From Cladosporium halotolerans (taxonomy: Eukaryota), in assembly GCF_011745625.1 (NCBI RefSeq), contig NW_027191465.1:62001-126000 (forward strand): 64,000 nt of DNA. The letters run 5' to 3'. Made by a program: the position numbers and the translations under genes. The notes below the pieces were generated by a model, which saw nothing but the letters and a program-made list of their open reading frames with translations, searched no databases and had not been told where the DNA came from. How positions within the stretch are numbered: position 1 is the stretch's first letter; each line of letters begins with the position of its first letter. Shown here piece by piece: positions 1 through 12,102 of the stretch.

Positions 1-111
1 GGCGAGGATCAGCACGCCCCAGCCGTAGGCAACGGAGGCCTTCTGTTTTTTGCTGAGTTAGGGAGGTGAGGTTGGAGAGGCGATGGGGATGGGAGAGCAT
101 ACGGTGTTCAT
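1..111 (-). CDS. 5' part of a small conserved fungal membrane protein (DUF4748-like); runs off the left end of the window
   Basis: ATG at 111. 9-nt exon 111-103 (MNT), intron 102-43 (GTATGC...CTAAC...CAG), exon 42-1 (KASVAYGWGVLILA). MNT...GWGxLxxA resembles the N-terminus of DUF4748-type proteins (recalled, not searched). Absent from the ORF track. Confidence 0.7.
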
Positions 112-535
112 TGTTGTGGTTGTGGTTGGGTGGTTGAGTGGGTGGTTTTTGGAGGGAAGGCGAGATGGATTGGACTGGAAGTACGAATTGCGGATTGATG
201 TCAGTAACGGTCGGGACCTGCGGTTTTGAGTTGTGCTAGCGGCGTTTGTCGGGGGATGGTTCCGAGGCTTCCGATGCCGTCGGCGGGCTTAGGTTCACAT
301 GCTTGCCTGGTCGAGCTTACTTACGCTTGCAGCCTTACGGTTATTGCTGCACGGCATCATTACCGCAACGTCCGCACTCCAAACCTCCCGCCCGACATCA
401 CGACCGTGCTTCGGTGTCCCAGGAAGACGTCCATGCGCGAATCGAGCGAATAGAGCCTGATCGCCGCGCCTGCGGTCCACGCAAGCAGCAGCGACATCCG
501 TCAACACCATCACCACATCAAACACAGCATCCACC

Positions 536-3149
536 ATGGCGCCGAAACGCAAAGCGCCCGCCTCGAACGGCAGGGCCTCAAAGCGCGTGGCATCCGGCGT
601 CAGCACGCCGGTGAGCATCGACAGCGACGACGACGACAACTACTCCATGGGCAGCGAGTCGGACCCGGAAGGCAGGGCGGCGCCGCAGAAATACGACAGT
701 CAGTATCCCTCCCATCCTCGCCTCGCTACCATCCCCCTACCATACTGACATGCCCTTCTCAACAGAAATGGTCGAGAAGTTCTCCATGTCCACGTACGCG
801 AACAAAAACCGCCCCCGCGCCTCCGGCGACGCCGCCTCCCACCTCTTCCGCATGGATCGCGACCTGTCCGGGCTCGAGCTCAAACCCGACCACCGCCTGC
901 GCCCCATCTGGCTCGACGCCGCGAACGGCAAAGTGGTGATGGAAACCTTCTCGCCGTCCTTCAAGCAAGCGCAGACCTTCCTGATCAACATCGCCGAGCC
1001 CCAAAGCCGGACGACGAACGTGCACGAGTACACGATCAACGGGCACAGCCTGTTCGCCGCCGTGAGCGTCGGGCTGACGGAGCACGACATCATAAGGGAC
1101 CTGGAGCTGTTCTCGAAGACGAAGCTGCCGGAGAGCATCAAGGAGTTCATCCACATGAACACGCAGAGTTTCGGCAAGATCAGGCTGGTGCTGAAGCACA
1201 ACCGGTATTTCGTCGAGAGCTCGGATGCGGCGGTGCTGCAGCGGTTGCTGAGGGACGAGGTGGTGAGCAAGTGCAGGGTGGAGGAGACGGAGGAGCTGAA
1301 GACGGAGAAGGCGGCGAAGATGGGCGAGCTGGTGATTCCGGGCACGAAGGATGCGGCTGGGGTGAGGGAGGCGCAGGCGAATGTTCAGCAGGCGCAGAAG
1401 AGGGATGAGTCGGATGAGGATTCGGATGATGAGTTTGGCGGCCGGGACGCGGAGAAGGACATGACGGAGTACTTGCGGGAGGAAGATGATGAAGATGACG
1501 AGGTGGATCAAGTGCACTCTTTTGAGATTGACGGCAATATGATCCAGCAAGTGCAGGAGCGGTGTAACGTCCATCTGGCCATGCCGCTGACGGAAGAGTA
1601 CGATTTTCGAAACGACGAGCAGAACGCTGGACTGGACATCGATTTGCGGCCTAACGTGCAGATTCGATATTACCAGGAACACGCGCTTAGTAAGATGTTC
1701 GGTAATGGGCGTGCGAGGTCTGGAATTATCGTCCTGCCATGTGGTGCTGGAAAGACGCTGGTTGGTATCACGGCGGCGTGTACCATCAAGAAGAGTGCGA
1801 TTGTGTTATGCACATCGGCCATGAGTGTGGTGCAGTGGAAAGAGGAGTTCAAGAAGTGGTCGAATATCAACCCAGATGATATCGCCATTTTCACGTCTGG
1901 CGAGAAGGAGAAGCTCAACCACAAAGCTGGTATTATCATCTGCACATACAGCATGGTCACGCAAAATACGAGACGAGCACACGATAGTCAGCAGGTCATG
2001 GACTTCATCACGAGCCGCGAATGGGGTCTCATGGTCCTGGACGAGGTCCACGTTGTTCCAGCTGAGATGTTCCGACGAGTGACCAGCAAGATCAAGACGC
2101 ACTCGAAACTCGGCCTGACAGCGACACTACTCCGCGAAGACGACAAGATTAAGGATCTCAACTTCCTCATTGGTCCCAAGCTCTACGAAGCCAACTGGCT
2201 GCAACTCAGCGAGGAAGGCCACATCGCGCGCGTCCAGTGCGCCGAAGTGTGGTGTCCCATGACGACCGAGTTCTACTCCGAATACATCAACGCAACAGGC
2301 AAGGTCAACCAGCAATCTCTCCTCTCGACGATGAATCCACGCAAATTCCAAGCCTGCCAGTTCCTCATCGACTTCCACGAGAAGCGCGGCGACAAGATCA
2401 TCGTCTTCTCCGACAACGTCTACGCCCTCAAAAAGTACGCCGAGGGCATGACCAAACCCTACATCTACGGCGACACCGGCCAGCGCGAGCGCGAAATGGT
2501 GCTGGCCAACTTCCAAATGAACGACGCCGTCTCCTCCATCTTCCTCTCCAAAATCGGCGACACCTCCCTCGACCTCCCCGAAGCAACCTGCCTGATCCAA
2601 ATCTCCTCGCACTACGGCTCCCGCCGCCAAGAAGCGCAGCGCCTCGGCCGTATCCTGCGCGCCAAGCGCCGCAACGACGAAGGCTTCAACGCCTTCTTCT
2701 ACTCCCTGGTCTCGAAAGACACGAACGAGATGTTCTACTCCTCCAAGCGCCAGGCCTTCCTCGTCGACCAGGGCTACGCCTTCAAAGTCATCACGCACCT
2801 CAACGGCATCGACAAGATGCCCAACCTGGCCTTCACTTCCCAGCAGGACCGCATGTCGCTGCTGACGGACGTGCTGCTGCAGTCCGAGACGGCGGGAGAC
2901 GTGGAAGACATCAAAGACGACTTGTTCTCCGACCGCAACGTCGCGCGCAACAAAGGCCGCGGGAAAGGCACCGGCGTCAAGAGGCAGGCGGGCACGCTCA
3001 GCAGTCTTGCGGGCGGCGAGCACATGGCGTACATGGAGTACGCGAGGGGCAGCAAGGCGGCGAGGGACGCGGGGCGGAGCCAGTTTTTCAAGAAGAACGA
3101 TAAGGCGCAGGAGAGGAAGAAGGCGGCTGCGAGGGCTATGTTGGAGTAG
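536..3149 (+). CDS. SSL2: TFIIH/NER helicase-translocase XPB (Ssl2/Rad25/ERCC3)
   Basis: Exons 536-698 and 766-3149; intron 699-765 (GTCAGT...CTGAC...CAG) joins in frame. Walker A LPCGAGKT, DEVH, LGLTATLLREDDKI and QRLGRILRAK motifs. Confidence 0.97.
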
Positions 3150-3560
3150 GAGAGAAGGGTTTGGCGCGAGGATTATGATGAGTGCAATGAATTGTAAGAA
3201 ATACGGAACCGGTGCTGCTGCTTGGTCGGCGGTCATAGCACGGTGTGGAGTTTTCTGGAATAGGAATTCATGTTCTGGTGACACTTATAGATGCAGGAAA
3301 TAAATGAGCGATCTTGCTTGATCATACGTGAATCTACGATTTCCTCTGACTCGCTTCGATGCCCGAACCTTTGCTCCATGCACTCGTCCTTTCAAGTGCC
3401 TACCAAATGCTTTGTGCACGCCCATAACGCCCTGCTGAAAATGCCTTCGAACTCCCCAAACCCAGGTGACAATTCGCAAGCAAACCATGCATCAAAACGT
3501 CACGTCGAAGCCTCGACGCTCCGACCTCCTCAACCCCACCTCGCTCGCCAACGCGACACC

Positions 3561-4700
3561 CTACTTCCCCCACTTCCTCGCCTCCATCCCATCCGGCGGC
3601 AATGTCTCGACCGTCTTCTTGCTCACCTCCTCCCAATTAGTACTCAGCGCCGTGCCGTTGCTCTCGGTGAAACTCTTCATCATCGCGCGCTGCACCTCGG
3701 GCGAGGCGTCCTTGTAGAGCTTCTTGAAGAAGGCGTTCGTCGCGTCGCCGCCTTCGTCCTCGTCCTCGTCCGCGCCGATGGAGTCCCAGTTCTTGGGGCC
3801 GGAGCGCGACGAGGTTGGGTAGGAGGGGCCGCTGGGTTGGGGCGGCGGGGCGGTGTAGGTTGCGTGGGAGGCGGTGGGTTCGGAGGAGGAAAGGGGGTCG
3901 GGGTTTTCGAGGGCGGGCCATTTTTGGCCAGGCGTGGCTTTGGCGAGGATGATCTCGACTTTGGAGGGGAGGACGTTGGTTGTGGAGTGCGTGGCGTCGA
4001 TGGCGGCGTAGAGAGGGTCGAGGGTGAAGTCGTAGGTTGTGCCGCTGGTTGCGACGGGGAAGGAGACGGTCAGGGAGCGCTCGGTGATGTCGACTTGGGT
4101 TTTGTCGGCGGGCACGCCTTTGGCGAGGAGGGTGATGTAGACGCTCTGGTTGTTCTGGTACCAGTCGTGGCGGATCTTCTCCACGGGGGTCTGCTGGGGT
4201 CTGGCGGGTGCGGGTGTTGACGCGGCGGCAGTTGCTGGTGTTGGCTCATGCGACTCCTCCGATTTAGTCTCTTGGATGTCCGGAACTTCCTTGACCGTCA
4301 CTTTCACCTGCTCATGATCCTTTCCAAGCGCCTCAATCTTCTTGTCATTCCGCGGCACCCAAAGCTTGGTATCCTTAGCCTCGCTGTTCATGCGCGAGAC
4401 AATGTCGAAGACGAAACGAGCATCGCCATAGCGCCCCAGACTGTGAAGAGCAATTCCGCGACGGATCTGTGCGTCGAGAATGAGTTCCTTCTTTGCACGC
4501 TTGTGAGCGTAGGCGACGGCGGCTTCAGCGTCGGCGAGGGCTTCTGGGTATTGCTGGCTTCTTTGGTATGCGAGGGCGCGAAGAGTAAGGTAGTTCGGAG
4601 AGGTTGGGGATTCCTTCAGAGCTGCAGTGAGAGGTTCTATGGCCTCTTGGTACTTGCCAGCTTCGATCAGTTCTTTGCCGCGCGCGGCTTGGGTTGCCAT
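3561..4700 (-). CDS. SGT1: Hsp90 co-chaperone Sgt1 (TPR-CS-SGS)
   Basis: Intronless from ATG 4700 (MATQAARG). N-terminal TPR helices, CS domain (IRHDWYQ...KVEIILAK) and SGS signature FFKKLYKDASPEVQRAMMKSFTESNGTALSTNW. Confidence 0.95.
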   Translation of the reverse strand: MATQAARGKELIEAGKYQEAIEPLTAALKESPTSPNYLTLRALAYQRSQQYPEALADAEAAVAYAHKRAKKELILDAQIRRGIALHSLGRYGDARFVFDIVSRMNSEAKDTKLWVPRNDKKIEALGKDHEQVKVTVKEVPDIQETKSEESHEPTPATAAASTPAPARPQQTPVEKIRHDWYQNNQSVYITLLAKGVPADKTQVDITERSLTVSFPVATSGTTYDFTLDPLYAAIDATHSTTNVLPSKVEIILAKATPGQKWPALENPDPLSSSEPTASHATYTAPPPQPSGPSYPTSSRSGPKNWDSIGADEDEDEGGDATNAFFKKLYKDASPEVQRAMMKSFTESNGTALSTNWEEVSKKTVETLPPDGMEARKWGK

Positions 4701-5092
4701 GGTGGAGGTGTGACTCGCTTCCTGTCGGCTCGAGATGAGGGAATCTGCGTGCGGGTGGATAGTGTCGTGAGAATGCGAAGATGGTTTTTGTGCGATCACG
4801 GTATGTATCCAGTGTTGTAGCAGCGCAAGAAGTAGAGTTCTTCAAGAGGAGTACAGTAACGTCGTTACGGGAAGGCAACAATGTCGTGGGAAGCAGCAGC
4901 GAATGTTCCAGAGGTGAAGCCGACCCCACCAAGAGCACTCGAGGACCCTGCAGCAGCCCGCATTCACATGCGAGTCTCACGCTGCAGACGTCACGCAAGC
5001 CAAATAACTTCATTCACAGTCAGACAATTCAGTCTGGCGAGATCAGAAGCCATTGAAAGAAGGAATTTCCAACAAAAAGAGAACAGACAAAA

Positions 5093-6379
5093 ATGGCTCG
5101 CTTCTCAGTAAAAACCTTCCTCTCCCACGCCAAACGCCAACTCCAACAAGCCTCGCAAACCAACGCCAAAACCACCTTTGTAGTCGGCAATGAATCCGCC
5201 GACCTCGACTCAATCGCCAGCGCAATCGTCTACGGCTACATCACCTCCTCCAGCACCCAAGCCCTGCGCTCCAACACCCTCACAATCCCCCTAACCAACA
5301 TCCCGGCCGCCGACCTCTCCCTCCGCCCCGAACTCACCACCCTCCTCCGCCACGCAAACCTCACTCCCTCCGACCTAATCACCCTCTCCGACCTTCCCCC
5401 AAACCTCTCCCCCGCTACCACAACCCTCACCCTCGTGGATCACAACGCTCTCACCGGCCCCCTCGCCACCCTCTTCCCCACCCCCACCTCCCTCACAGCC
5501 TGCATCGACCACCACGCGGACGAAAACACCGTGCTCCCCACCAGCAAACCCCGCCTCATCACCCCCTCCGGCTCCTGCGCCTCCCTCGTCGCAACCCACC
5601 TACACGACGCCTGGGTGCAACTAGCCCTCTTCTCGTCCAGCACCGGGGCCGCCAACGGGCAGCAATCCTACGACGTCATCGACGACACAGCCTACACGTC
5701 GACGTGGGACGCGCAAGCAGCCCTGCTCGCGCTGGGCGCCGTGCTGATCGACACGCAGAACCTGACGAGCGCGCACAAAGTGACGGCGCACGACCGCCGA
5801 GCGGCCAAGCTGCTGGAAGCGTTCGTGAACCTCTCGCCGAAGCTGAGCGTCGGGTTCGACAGGGATGCGTTCTACGGGGAGCTCGAGGCGGCGAAGTCGG
5901 ATATCGGGCCGCTGGCGTTGGGCGATGTGCTGCGGAAGGACTACAAGGCGTGGTCTGACGGAGGGAGCGGGCTGGAGTTGGGGGTGGCGAGCGTGGTAAG
6001 GGGGTTGGGGTTTTTGGAGGAGAAGGCGGCGGGGGAGGCGGAGGGGTCGGATGCGGAGGGGAGGAAAGCGCTGCTGCGGGCGTGTGCGGCGTTTGCGAAG
6101 GAGAGGAAGTTGGGGTTGTTTGCGGTTATGACTGCTTTTTCGAATGGGAAGGGCGAGTTCGAGAGGGAATTGCTGTTGATGGCGGCTGAGGAGGGGAAGC
6201 CGGTCGAAGCGGCGGAGAAATTTGTGAAGCAGGCGGGTGGGCAGCTGAAGTTGGTGGATTTGGAGGGATATGAGGCTAAGGAAGATGGGGTTGCGTGGGT
6301 GAAGGCGTGGAGGCAGGACAGCTTGGAGGCCAGTCGGAAGCAGGTTGCGCCGCTGTTCAGGGAGGCGATGAAGGCGTAA
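5093..6379 (+). CDS. PPX1: Exopolyphosphatase, DHH/Prune family
   Basis: Motifs GNESADLDS, LVDHN, IDHH, GSCASLV, LIDT, and RKDYK plus SRKQVAP in the DHHA2 domain. 428-aa intronless ORF. Confidence 0.92.
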   Translation: MARFSVKTFLSHAKRQLQQASQTNAKTTFVVGNESADLDSIASAIVYGYITSSSTQALRSNTLTIPLTNIPAADLSLRPELTTLLRHANLTPSDLITLSDLPPNLSPATTTLTLVDHNALTGPLATLFPTPTSLTACIDHHADENTVLPTSKPRLITPSGSCASLVATHLHDAWVQLALFSSSTGAANGQQSYDVIDDTAYTSTWDAQAALLALGAVLIDTQNLTSAHKVTAHDRRAAKLLEAFVNLSPKLSVGFDRDAFYGELEAAKSDIGPLALGDVLRKDYKAWSDGGSGLELGVASVVRGLGFLEEKAAGEAEGSDAEGRKALLRACAAFAKERKLGLFAVMTAFSNGKGEFERELLLMAAEEGKPVEAAEKFVKQAGGQLKLVDLEGYEAKEDGVAWVKAWRQDSLEASRKQVAPLFREAMKA

Positions 6380-6594
6380 ACGAGGCTTTTGTGCCCAGGT
6401 GCGCTTCGTGGCGGCAGACCGCTTGAAGACAGGAAGAGAAGAATCTCGACGACAAATGTAGACACACTGTGTGAAAAAAAGTAAAACTTAGATACCTAAC
6501 CACTACCATTCCAGCCTCGCCCACCCACCCACCCTACCTCATCCCAAGGGTATATCTATCGCACACCTCTCCAAACCCCCCAAACAAACGCCCC

Positions 6595-9216
6595 CTACCT
6601 CTCAATAACCGGCCCCGCAACCCCCTGCTCCCTCTCAACCCTATTCAACAAACTGCCCTGCGCAAACTGGCTCTCAAGCCCCAAATCGACCATGGGCCCC
6701 TTCGCCCTCGACCCATCCATGACGCCCCTTCCCTTCGTGCCCCCGCCCCACCCATCCTGCGACGCAGCGAGCAAGCCCTCGCCCGTAAAGGCCTTGCCGC
6801 TCGTGGCCGTCTCGCTGTTGGCGGCGCGGGCGGTCGAAGGGCGCGCGGTAGCTGGGCGGCGCTGGGACGCCGTCGGGCGGAGGCTGCGCTGGTGGTCGGC
6901 GCCGGAGCGGGAGTTGGAGCGGGGTTTGGCCGTGGCGGCGTTGTTGGACTGGGCGGCGTTGCGGCCGCGCCAGTCGTGGGCGGGCGGGATGCCGATGGGG
7001 TCGTCGGGGGAGGTGGCGGAGTCGATGAGGCCGCCGGGGCCGATTTGGTCCGGGTGGTGGCCGCGGCCTTTTGGGTTGTGCTGGGGCGGTTCGCGGTAGT
7101 GGGGCGTGAGGTCGACGAGGGGTTTGTGGTCTGGGGGTCCGTTGGCGGCGCGCGTGGAGTTTGAGCGGCCGAGGTCGCTTGTTTGGCCGCCGCCGCCGCG
7201 GCGGTTTTGGCGGGTGGAGGTCTGGCGACGAGGGCCGTCTGTACCGGCACTGAGGAGGTTGCTGCCGTTTGTGAATGGGTTCTGTTGTTTTGCTTCGCGG
7301 GCTGCGGCTTCGCGTTGTCGGGTGCTGTAGGAGCGACCGAGGAGGCCAGATGAATTGAACTCTTCTGGGCGGCTCTCTTCAATCGATGCTCGTCGCCCGT
7401 CTGATGTTGGCTGTCTGGCGAGGTTGACAAGCGGCTCGTCCTCTGCCAACTTAGGCCTTGATGTCATAGTTTGCTTCCTTGTGCTTGGACGTCTGGCAGG
7501 CGCCTGTGATTCATCGCTCAGATGTTGACGCTCCTCGTTCGATGTGATTCGCGCCGCTCGAGGAGCCTGTCGCTGAGAAGGCCGTCGACCAATCTGATCT
7601 GTGTCCATAAGCGGCTTGAAGCTGCCCAATTGATAGTGTGATGCTGTGGAATCCATCTTCCTGTGGCCATGTGCTGTGAAGCTTGTGCTGATTCCGCCCT
7701 CTTTTTCTGGATTACTTGGAGATTGAGGTTTCTCTCCTTCGCCCAGAACGTTGACGAGGTACCAGCTGCGCCAATTCTGGACTGCGTCGTAAAAATCGTC
7801 GGCCGTGCGTCGGTCGTTAGTACAAAAGAAATGGACAAAGTTCTGTGTGGTTTCGAACATGCTGGACTTCTGCTGAGACTTGATGGCCAAGCACGCTTTC
7901 TTCGGTGGTTTGATCTTCTTTTTGATCTTTTCGGGGGTTGGTGTGTAGATGTCGTAGTCGCTCAGGTGGCAAACATTGAACTGATCCTTGATCTTTTCCG
8001 GGTCCTTCTGGCATGTGATCTGGCCGTCCGACTTAAGCGTGACGAATCGCTTCTCCCATTTTCCGGGCCGTTGCGAGTATGTCAGTAGCCAAGAGGATTC
8101 CTCTGGCCTGTGCTTTGGAGCGCCGGCCAGACTCAGCTCTGGCTCGGAACTGCCTGTACGAGGGTCAACCAACAGAAGGCTGTTTTGTCGGTCCGTATCC
8201 CAGCTGTTCATCACGTTGCGAACATATTCGTATCGACGCAAGGGTCTTTGAACGCCAACGCTCGCGAAATTTTCCAGCAAAACTGCAGACTTCACATCGA
8301 TTCGCTCGCTCATTGTTGTCGACGCGCTTCTGATGAGATCGACGCCAGTTGTTGTTGGCTTCACAGGAAATATCATCTTCGACCTGCCACATTCGATCAA
8401 CACTTTTCGGTCGCCCGTGTTGACGGCAGACACAGGCGCATCCGACCCGGGCATAACGCCGCCGCCTCCATGGATGATATATTTCGGACGATGGTCGGAC
8501 AATGGTCGCGCCATCTCTGCAGCTGGTGTCGAATCGCTCTTTTTCCGCTTGAAGAGACCGAAGCAACCACCATGGTCTTCCTCTTCATCCTCGAACTTTG
8601 GCAATGCGCTGGTGCTTCTGGTAGCTTTGATCTGATCCGACGTGGGAGGACCGTCTCTTCGGACAGGTGGGGGAGTGGGCTCTGCAGGTTCTGGTCGAGG
8701 TGGAGGAAACAGTTCTCCAGTTGGCTGAGAAGGCGCGATCTGAGAGAAGTCTTGGATGACTGGGGTGACACGATGTGTTTGCTCCCTATCTGAGCCTGGC
8801 TCAAAACTTGGATTCCTCCTCAGATCATGGCCATACGGGTGATTTGAAGGACTGATGTGCCTTCGTGCATCCGGTCGCTGTGTTCCGTGCCTGCTGGGTG
8901 GAGCTTTCGCAGTGGAAGGACGGTCGTAGCGCTCCGAAGACGAGTTGCGATCATCGTAGCCTTGATCGTAGGCGTTGTTCTGACCGTGCGATGTACCGAC
9001 GCGTCCCCGATCATCTGCAGCGCCAGCCCCTGTGTTTCCTCTCTTGCGATGGTATCGCGACTTGCTCCTCGCAACGCCGTCGTCTTGCGGCGAGCTGTCT
9101 ACTTGAGGAACCTGAGGCACGTCGTCATAATCATACTCGTGGGCGCGCTGAGCCTTTTGTCGCTGCGATCGATAGCGAGAGACCTTGCGTTCTGGGAGAG
9201 ATGCAGGGTCCGCCAT
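6595..9216 (-). CDS. Conserved fungal protein with tandem RA/ubiquitin-like and PH domains and disordered flanks
   Basis: 873-aa ORF. Central globular segment: KVLIECG...VQRPLRRYEYVRNVMNSW (RA-like), then WLLTYSQRPGKWEKRFVTLKSDG...ADDFYDAVQNWRSW (PH-like). Confidence 0.75.
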   Translation of the reverse strand: MADPASLPERKVSRYRSQRQKAQRAHEYDYDDVPQVPQVDSSPQDDGVARSKSRYHRKRGNTGAGAADDRGRVGTSHGQNNAYDQGYDDRNSSSERYDRPSTAKAPPSRHGTQRPDARRHISPSNHPYGHDLRRNPSFEPGSDREQTHRVTPVIQDFSQIAPSQPTGELFPPPRPEPAEPTPPPVRRDGPPTSDQIKATRSTSALPKFEDEEEDHGGCFGLFKRKKSDSTPAAEMARPLSDHRPKYIIHGGGGVMPGSDAPVSAVNTGDRKVLIECGRSKMIFPVKPTTTGVDLIRSASTTMSERIDVKSAVLLENFASVGVQRPLRRYEYVRNVMNSWDTDRQNSLLLVDPRTGSSEPELSLAGAPKHRPEESSWLLTYSQRPGKWEKRFVTLKSDGQITCQKDPEKIKDQFNVCHLSDYDIYTPTPEKIKKKIKPPKKACLAIKSQQKSSMFETTQNFVHFFCTNDRRTADDFYDAVQNWRSWYLVNVLGEGEKPQSPSNPEKEGGISTSFTAHGHRKMDSTASHYQLGSFKPLMDTDQIGRRPSQRQAPRAARITSNEERQHLSDESQAPARRPSTRKQTMTSRPKLAEDEPLVNLARQPTSDGRRASIEESRPEEFNSSGLLGRSYSTRQREAAAREAKQQNPFTNGSNLLSAGTDGPRRQTSTRQNRRGGGGQTSDLGRSNSTRAANGPPDHKPLVDLTPHYREPPQHNPKGRGHHPDQIGPGGLIDSATSPDDPIGIPPAHDWRGRNAAQSNNAATAKPRSNSRSGADHQRSLRPTASQRRPATARPSTARAANSETATSGKAFTGEGLLAASQDGWGGGTKGRGVMDGSRAKGPMVDLGLESQFAQGSLLNRVEREQGVAGPVIER

Positions 9217-10792
9217 GGTGCATATTGGAGTGGACGCGTGCGTGAGAGCTGGTGAGGCCTATATCGACGAGAGAGCAGGTCGCGAAATCAAGATACGAGC
9301 AGGGTGTGGCGGGGCGGCGCGAGCTATTGCCTCGCTTGCATTTGTAGGAAGCGAGCGCGTGACTGTTATGCAGGCGGGAGGGATCGACGGGTAATTTCGT
9401 ATCGGCTGTTGGCGCGCAATGCGAGAGTGGGAGTGGGCAGCGTTGCGCGTGTGAGGACGGGGAGACGGATAGACGGATAGAGCGGGATATGTGCGTGTTC
9501 GGAGAGGTGTTCACGGGTGCAGGGGAAGGGCGAGACGGCGAATGGGTGTTTATGTCGGCGCTCCTGGTGGAGGCATGGGCGAGTGTGGGGAGAGGTGGGA
9601 TGCGACAGGGCAGATGCAGGCTCTGGCGCCGCCGCTCCGCCTGGAGTTCTGGGCGCAACCAGGCCAACAGGGAGCCAGCCAGGCCCGCGGCTAGGAGGCA
9701 CACCTTATTACCTAGCGCCTGCGCCGCTCCACTGCTCAAACAAACGCGCGTGTCTCGTCGCCAATCGTGCCAATCGTGCCTATTTCTGGTGCTGAAACCG
9801 TCCGCGGCCATGTGATCGCAGACGACTACATGGTGCATGTGATGCAGCGACTATTCCTGCTGGCGGCATGCACACCTACGTAAGCGCCCACTCTCCTACC
9901 TCTGCATGTACACACAATACGCAGGTACTTGCAACCTTTCCACTGTACACACGTCTACCCGACAGCCGCCGTGCATCCGCGATCAGCGTCGGCTCGGCCC
10001 CTGCTTGTCTCGAGCTTGTGTCCCTGAGCATCCTTATACTTGACCCTGGCACTGCCCTACCTCCCTGCTCACACAAGTGCGAGTCGATAGTAGCACTGCC
10101 CTTCAAATCCCTGGCTACATCTTCGGATTGCGCTAATATGGCAGTGCGTTGCGTCAATATTGAACATGATGCAGAAATGATATACCGTGTATGTTCACAC
10201 CCGGACGCGCCGTTGCAGAGACAGCTGGATCAGTTCGATGGACAGGGGCCATCGTGCAACTTTTGAAGCAATGACTTCGTCTCATCTCTGCATGAGAATA
10301 TTCTTCACATCGGACAAGTCTCTCTGACGAATGTGACTTCCCGCCCGCGCAGATGATTACCTACCGTCACTCTCATGCTGCCAGGTGCTTGAACAGACCA
10401 CTCATCAGCGGACAAAAATTCCGATATCACTTTTGCCAGCTCTGGCACTTGTGTAAATAGGCGTTGCACCCCACAAAGACTATCACCCTCCACCAATACA
10501 AAATCACAATCCTTATCTCAGATCTTCAGCTCGTGGCGGCACATCCGAGATGAGGTGTGAAGCCAGCCGCTTTAGAGTTCCACGGCTCCGCGCGACGTCC
10601 AACGACAAGCCAGGCAGGTAATACCGCATCACGTTTGTCACATCGTGCAATCGCCGCCACTGCTGCTTCCCGCAAAGCTTGTGCTGCCCTTCCTCGCCAC
10701 TATTGATCTTCACCAGGTGGTTGCAAACCCGCTAAAGTAATCGCCGCCGCCATGTCTCTTGTCAAACCTGCGCCGTCTGCTCATGCGGCACA

Positions 10793-12102
10793 ATGGACCC
10801 GCGATCGCAGCGGTTGGTGCTCGTCCTGCTTTTGTTCGTTTTGACTCTCGGACTGTACAGAGATTTTGGTGATCACGTACGAGTCGCCAGATTGACTCAG
10901 CAAGCTGCGTCTTTCGCGGTGCAAAAGCCTCTCGATGAGGAGTCGCAACCTCAGTCATTAGAAGATGTTGCCTTGAAGCCCGCCAACTCCACCCTTGGTG
11001 TAAGTATCGCCATTCATTCCACGTGCAAGAGCCCAATTAAACAGACCTTTGATTTCTCGCTCGTATTGCAAATCCCTTCAATGATTTCATACTTCAATCC
11101 TCATCTCTCACCAAAAACCGATATGTCTTACTGACACCCAGACTACAGTTCGGGTCAATCCTCGCAGTCTCGCGGCCCCAATCACCACGTCGATCCGGCC
11201 TCCTCCTCGCTGCAAACATCACCTCTCTCGACATCACAATCCCGCCGCAACCCCAATGGACCGAATCGGACATCACCCACCTCCGCACCAACCCCAACAC
11301 CTCAACCCTAACCCGCGGCTCCGCCCTCGCCTGGCTCGGCCATCTGCATGCCCTCCGCACCTTCCTCGCCAGCAACGCAACCACAACCCTCGTAATCGAA
11401 GACGACATCGACTGGGACATCCACCTCCGCACGACCCAAATCCCCCTCGCAGCGTCCGCCTTCCGCTCCCTCCTCTCAAACTTCAGCCCGCCACCGCCCA
11501 CCCCCCAAACCTACTGGGCCCCGCCAACAGCCTGGGACATCCTCTGGCTCGGCACCTGTAACGACGCCTTCACCGCCACAACCTACCCGCACCCCTCCCT
11601 CTCCTACACCGACGCCACCCTCCCGCCACCCACCCACCTCTCCCCCGAAACAGCCACCCTCCTCGCCTCCCTCAACGTCCCGCCGCAAACCCGCCTCCTG
11701 CACCCCACCGTCTCCCCGCTCTGCACTTTCGGCTACGCGCTCACTCGCGCCGCAGCAGAGCGTTTGCTGCACGACATCGCGACGCGCGAAGCGCCGCTCG
11801 GCACGGCGGCGTACGACGTGAGAGTGCTGGAAGCGTGTCGGGACTTGGGAATGCGCTGCTGGAGCGTGGCGCCGGAGCTGATGAGGCATTTGGGGGGCGG
11901 GTCGGAGATTGCGGATGTTGATTCGGGGAGGGGAGGGGGGAGAGAGGAAGAGGAGGGGGGGAGGAGGGAGGGGACGGCGAATTTGGCGTGTGGGGTTAGG
12001 AGTTCGAGGGGGTTTAGGGAGGTTGGGGAGGGGGGTTTGGAGGAGGCGAGGAGGGCGGTTGGGGAGGGGAGATGTTTGGGGGAGGGAGAGAGGAGGGAAT
12101 GA
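10793..12102 (+). CDS. Glycosyltransferase family 25-like type II membrane protein
   Basis: Exons 10793-10999 and 11149-12102; 149-nt intron GTAAGT...CTGAC...CAG. N-terminal transmembrane anchor, ANSTLGFGSILAVS, GSALAWLGHLHAL and LVIEDDIDWD motifs typical of fungal GT25. Confidence 0.85.
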
